Below, piece after piece: positions 45,499-48,604 of a stretch of DNA of 48,604 nt (its first letter is position 1; every line of letters begins with the position of its first letter). Where the stretch lies: positions 1 through 48,604 of the forward strand of contig JAYQLI010000041.1 of assembly GCA_038143065.1 (NCBI GenBank), given 5' to 3'. A program made the translations under genes and the position numbers. The DNA is from Rhodospirillales bacterium (GTDB lineage: Bacteria; Pseudomonadota; Alphaproteobacteria; Bin95). Under the pieces are notes generated by a model. The model had not been told where the DNA came from. It saw only the letters and a list, made by a program, of their open reading frames with translations, and searched no databases.

Positions 45499-45515
45499 AT
45501 ACTATGCCGTTAATT

Positions 45516-45815
45516 TTATGCTTCATTAAAGTCTAACTCTACCTCGCCCTGAAAGTGCATTTCTTTGTTGGGTAATGCTTTCGTAAATCGTACAATTTCT
45601 TGGGCTATTATTGCTTCAATATCTTTTTGAACTTTCGCATTCTCAAACTCCCAGACTACCGTTGATACATGTGGTTTATCTTCATCAACTACCAACCGGA
45701 AGCGTGCGCCCTTTTTTCCTTGGAGAAGCATTGGCCATTTCGTATGGAGAACACTGTTGAACATTTCAGCATCTTCCACAGAGGTAAAAGTTCGCACAAA
45801 AATCTTAATCCTCAT
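45516..45815 (-). CDS. Small dimeric alpha+beta barrel-like protein
   Basis: RTFTS..DAEMF, KPHVSTVVWEF; AGGA RBS. Confidence 0.7.
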   Translation of the reverse strand: MRIKIFVRTFTSVEDAEMFNSVLHTKWPMLLQGKKGARFRLVVDEDKPHVSTVVWEFENAKVQKDIEAIIAQEIVRFTKALPNKEMHFQGEVELDFNEA

Positions 45816-45845
45816 TTCTTGTCCTGATATTATCTAATTAAATTC

Positions 45846-45937
45846 AACATTACCTAACTCCACACCATAAGCAACAACCACATGTCCCTAGAGTGTCGTT
45901 GTGGGCATCGCAAACTGTTGTCAGCGTAAGAGTTGAT
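45846..45937 (+). repeat. Z-repeat copy 4
   Basis: accataagcaacaaccacatgtccctagagtgtcgttgtgggcatcgcaaact...gagttga. Confidence 0.9.
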
Positions 45938-46075
45938 CGGTGTTAAACCCCACCGCTACGATCTATGAGGTTGCCAGTGTTGATTGAACCATACGACGAC
46001 CAACGATAGTGCCATTTTCAATAGGCTAAAGAAGCTTAAGTGGCCTATGGACTCAACATGAACTATATTAAGTCT

Positions 46076-46177
46076 ATGACGTCGCTTACTCAATTCATGC
46101 TGAAGCAATTCTTCCTATGCAGTTGCAATAGTATTGGGATTACAAATCAATGATTTGGCATTTTCACTTTCGTAAAA
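46076..46177 (+). pseudogene. Truncated copy of the small membrane protein gene 34802-35011
   Basis: tatgcagttgcaatagtattgggattacaaatcaatgatttggc is shared exactly. Confidence 0.85.
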
Positions 46178-46340
46178 TCAAATCAATCTGTCGAAAAATG
46201 TAGAATAACAGGGTAACTCAGCAATCGATGCAGTCGAGTTTTTGCCCCTACCCGTAAACGACAGAATCAAAGAAAAAGTAGCCCAGAGTAGCCCTGAAAA
46301 CAAAAGGCTCAGCGTGTTTCAGCTAAGCCTTTGAAAATAA

Positions 46341-46357
46341 TTGTGCTCCCCAGAGAG
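46341..46357 (-). repeat. Degenerate att core
   Basis: ctctctggggagcacaa, next to the aaggctcagc/gctaagcctt hairpin and AGTAGCCC direct repeats. Confidence 0.55.
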
Positions 46358-46358
46358 C

Positions 46359-46803
46359 TGTGAATTCCCTGTAATAGTCGTGCAAATATCTGAACTGTTC
46401 AACTATAGTTGACTTTTAGAAATCCTCAAATGCACCTCAAGTGTTGTTGGTGTCAGTTTTTGTACTAAGCAAACTTTCTTGAGCTGTTGTATGTGAACTG
46501 CAAGACCCCACTCCGCAGACACCGTCTAAATAAGCAGCTAGTTACCGAAGGAGGAGAAATAATTGAAGAAAATCTTTGCGAGCATATAAAAAAGTTTGAC
46601 CTGTTTTTATCCCCCTCGTACCACTAAATCAAACCTGAAGCTTAGCTTACAATTTTTTTCAGAACTAAAGAATTAGTGATTACTCCAAACACAAAACAAT
46701 ATTAATATCAAAAGTATACAAACAAAAATGCAGACGGAGATTAGAAATGGCAAAAAAGCTTAAGCTTACATTGGTTGCTTTTTCATTGATGACCTTAAGT
46801 GCT
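46359..46803 (+). repeat. ~440-bp inverted repeat, left arm
   Basis: Aligns, with indels, to the reverse complement of 48170-48600. Confidence 0.9.
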
Positions 46804-47170
46804 TGTTCGCTGACATATCCCGTTGGAATTGTCACCAAAACTGAGTGAAACTTTAGCGGCACAGCTAAATCATCGATGAGTAAAGGTGAACTTTATATGA
46901 CTAGAAATGAGGGAGTCTGCGTGAAGGAGTGTATCTCACCAAAGGTATCCACAGTTTATGATATTGTTTCCATGAGCGGTACGTGGTGTGTTCAGATGGT
47001 CGCATAGGGTCTTGGAATGCTACTGGAAGCTTGAACGATGGCTTCATAAAGGTGTTGGCAAAATAGATGGCGAGACGTTTAATTTTTATGCTGAGACGCC
47101 ATACCAGGTTAACATATCATTCGGGAGGTACATTTCACCAAAACGTTGCAGCCTCCAACTTAGAAGCTAA
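46747..47170 (+). CDS. Putative lipoprotein, disrupted
   Basis: MAKKLKLTLVAFSLMTLSAC lipobox; GGAGA RBS. Confidence 0.55.
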
Positions 47171-48224
47171 GTTTTGATCAACAGGCATTTCATTGACACT
47201 AAAGAATGAAACGCCTGACCTCTCTAACAAAGAGAGTCCGTACTGTATCTTGATACCGAAGCCAGTATTTTCAGGTAAAGCGTTAAATTCCTTGAAAATA
47301 GTCCGTCCATTCAACTTGGAAACAACAACGCCGCATAACTTCACCACTGGTGGAATAGATAGGTCCGCCACTATTACCTGGTTGTGCGCCGCATCATCTG
47401 AAACAGTTTTTCATTACTACTAATACCTGTCATGGAACTGACTATTCCTCAGGTCACCTTCAATGACGTGCTAACCATTCCAAACGGGAAAACCGCCACA
47501 AATATGTTCCGTATTAGTGAGATCGGTGACTCGAAATATTTAATGGAGAAGTCGCTATGTCGGCTTTTAGCACTCAATCCAAATCTTTATCCTTACAAGG
47601 ACTGTCTTCCAGGAATTCATTGTTTCTCTGCGCGAGAATGATAGTGCTACATCCATCAATAATGTGTTCATTTGTTAAACAAAACACCGTCAAGTGTTAT
47701 TGCAAATGTAGTACCTGAGCTGATTAATTTTTTCTTAATAGGTACCTTCAGCTCAGTAGTGACCTTATGTTTCTATAATTTGCGATTTGGCGGCTTTTGC
47801 GTTTGGGCTAACAGCGGTTGCATAACTTAATAAAACGATCGTGTACCTTTACCCCAAGATTCCATCAATTTTTTATCATAGTATCCCAAGGCGTTTAACT
47901 TATTGAACTTTAATTTTATTACCGAATGACAGTTGGTTAAATATCGAACCCCAAGGACTGATTTGGGCCACATTCTTTAACTTCTGGTTTGGGCGTTGTT
48001 TTTCACGCCGTAAGTTATTTTCGTGAAATTGCCTCGGCTTTAAGCGTCGAAACGAACGGCTGTTGTTCCAAGTTGTTTTATTGTTTTTAGTATTTGTTGC
48101 CAAAAGCAGGCTCTTCATTCAGACATAGTGATGGCTCTTTCGAGCAATTATTGGCGAACACAGGATTTGCAGCACTTAAGGTCATAGAATGAAAAAACAA
48201 CAATATAGCTTAAGCTTTTGCCAT
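47135..48224 (-). CDS. Putative exported protein, heavily frameshifted; 3' end uncertain
   Basis: Shares RBS and leader with 46747; fragmentary ORFs at 47900-48118 and 47135-47371. Confidence 0.3.
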
Positions 48225-48600
48225 TTCTAATCTCCGTCTGCATTTTGTTTGTATACTTTTGATATGTACTGTTTTCTAGCATTTGGAGTAATGCTAATTC
48301 TTTAGTTCTGAAAAATTGTAAAGCTAACCAGGACGATTTGAGTAGTATGAGGAAGTTAAAAACAGGTCAAACTTTTTATATGCTCTTAAGGGTATATGGT
48401 GTTTCTCCTCTTCAGTAACTAGCTGTATTTAGACGAGGTGTCTGCGGAGTGCCTGGGGTCTTGCAGTTCACACACAACAGCTCGAAAGTTTGCTTCTCAA
48501 GCACCAGCTGGCCACCAGCGAACACTTGAGGTGCATTTGAGGATTTCCTAAAGTCAACTATAGTTGAATAGTCAGATATTTGCACGACTTAGAATTCACA
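48170..48600 (-). repeat. ~440-bp inverted repeat, right arm
   Basis: Aligns with 46359-46803. Confidence 0.9.
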
Positions 48601-48604
48601 CATT

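Noticed and set aside
33666-45937. CRISPR array or integron attC sites
   Set aside because: Repeats are long, diverged, kilobases apart and coding-derived; no cas or intI gene and no RYYYAAC/GTTRRRY stem structure

Overview
A marine alphaproteobacterial-type (Rhodobacteraceae-like, inferred) genomic island. The many single-base frameshifts in conserved genes suggest noisy long-read sequence. After two host-like genes (M24 peptidase, metC), the window is divided by four copies of a tRNA-3'-end-like att core (CTCTGGGG(G)CACCA at ~2237, ~14753, ~42783, and a degenerate copy at ~46341). (1) 2237-14765 holds a levoglucosan-type catabolic cluster (lgdA-like dehydrogenase, two TIM-barrel enzymes, a second Gfo/Idh/MocA enzyme, ABC importer, ROK regulator) plus a tyrosine integrase, bracketed by an ~85-bp inverted repeat. 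(2) 14873-26696 is a ~3,900-aa RTX/cadherin protein carrying three different zinc-protease modules (metzincin, M60, M66/StcE-like). (3) 27.8-46.3 kb is a satellite/phage-like primase-helicase followed by an eroded cos-phage scaffold (lysis-like genes, HNH, cos, terS, terL). Short fragments of that scaffold recur as repeats and flank small, variable, mostly opposite-strand cargo genes. One repeat (4 copies) appears to carry a portable sigma70 promoter at a near-fixed distance from a different gene each time. Another (3 copies) punctuates a tandem cassette array. This integron-like cassette platform built from phage remnants is the strongest candidate for an undescribed system.
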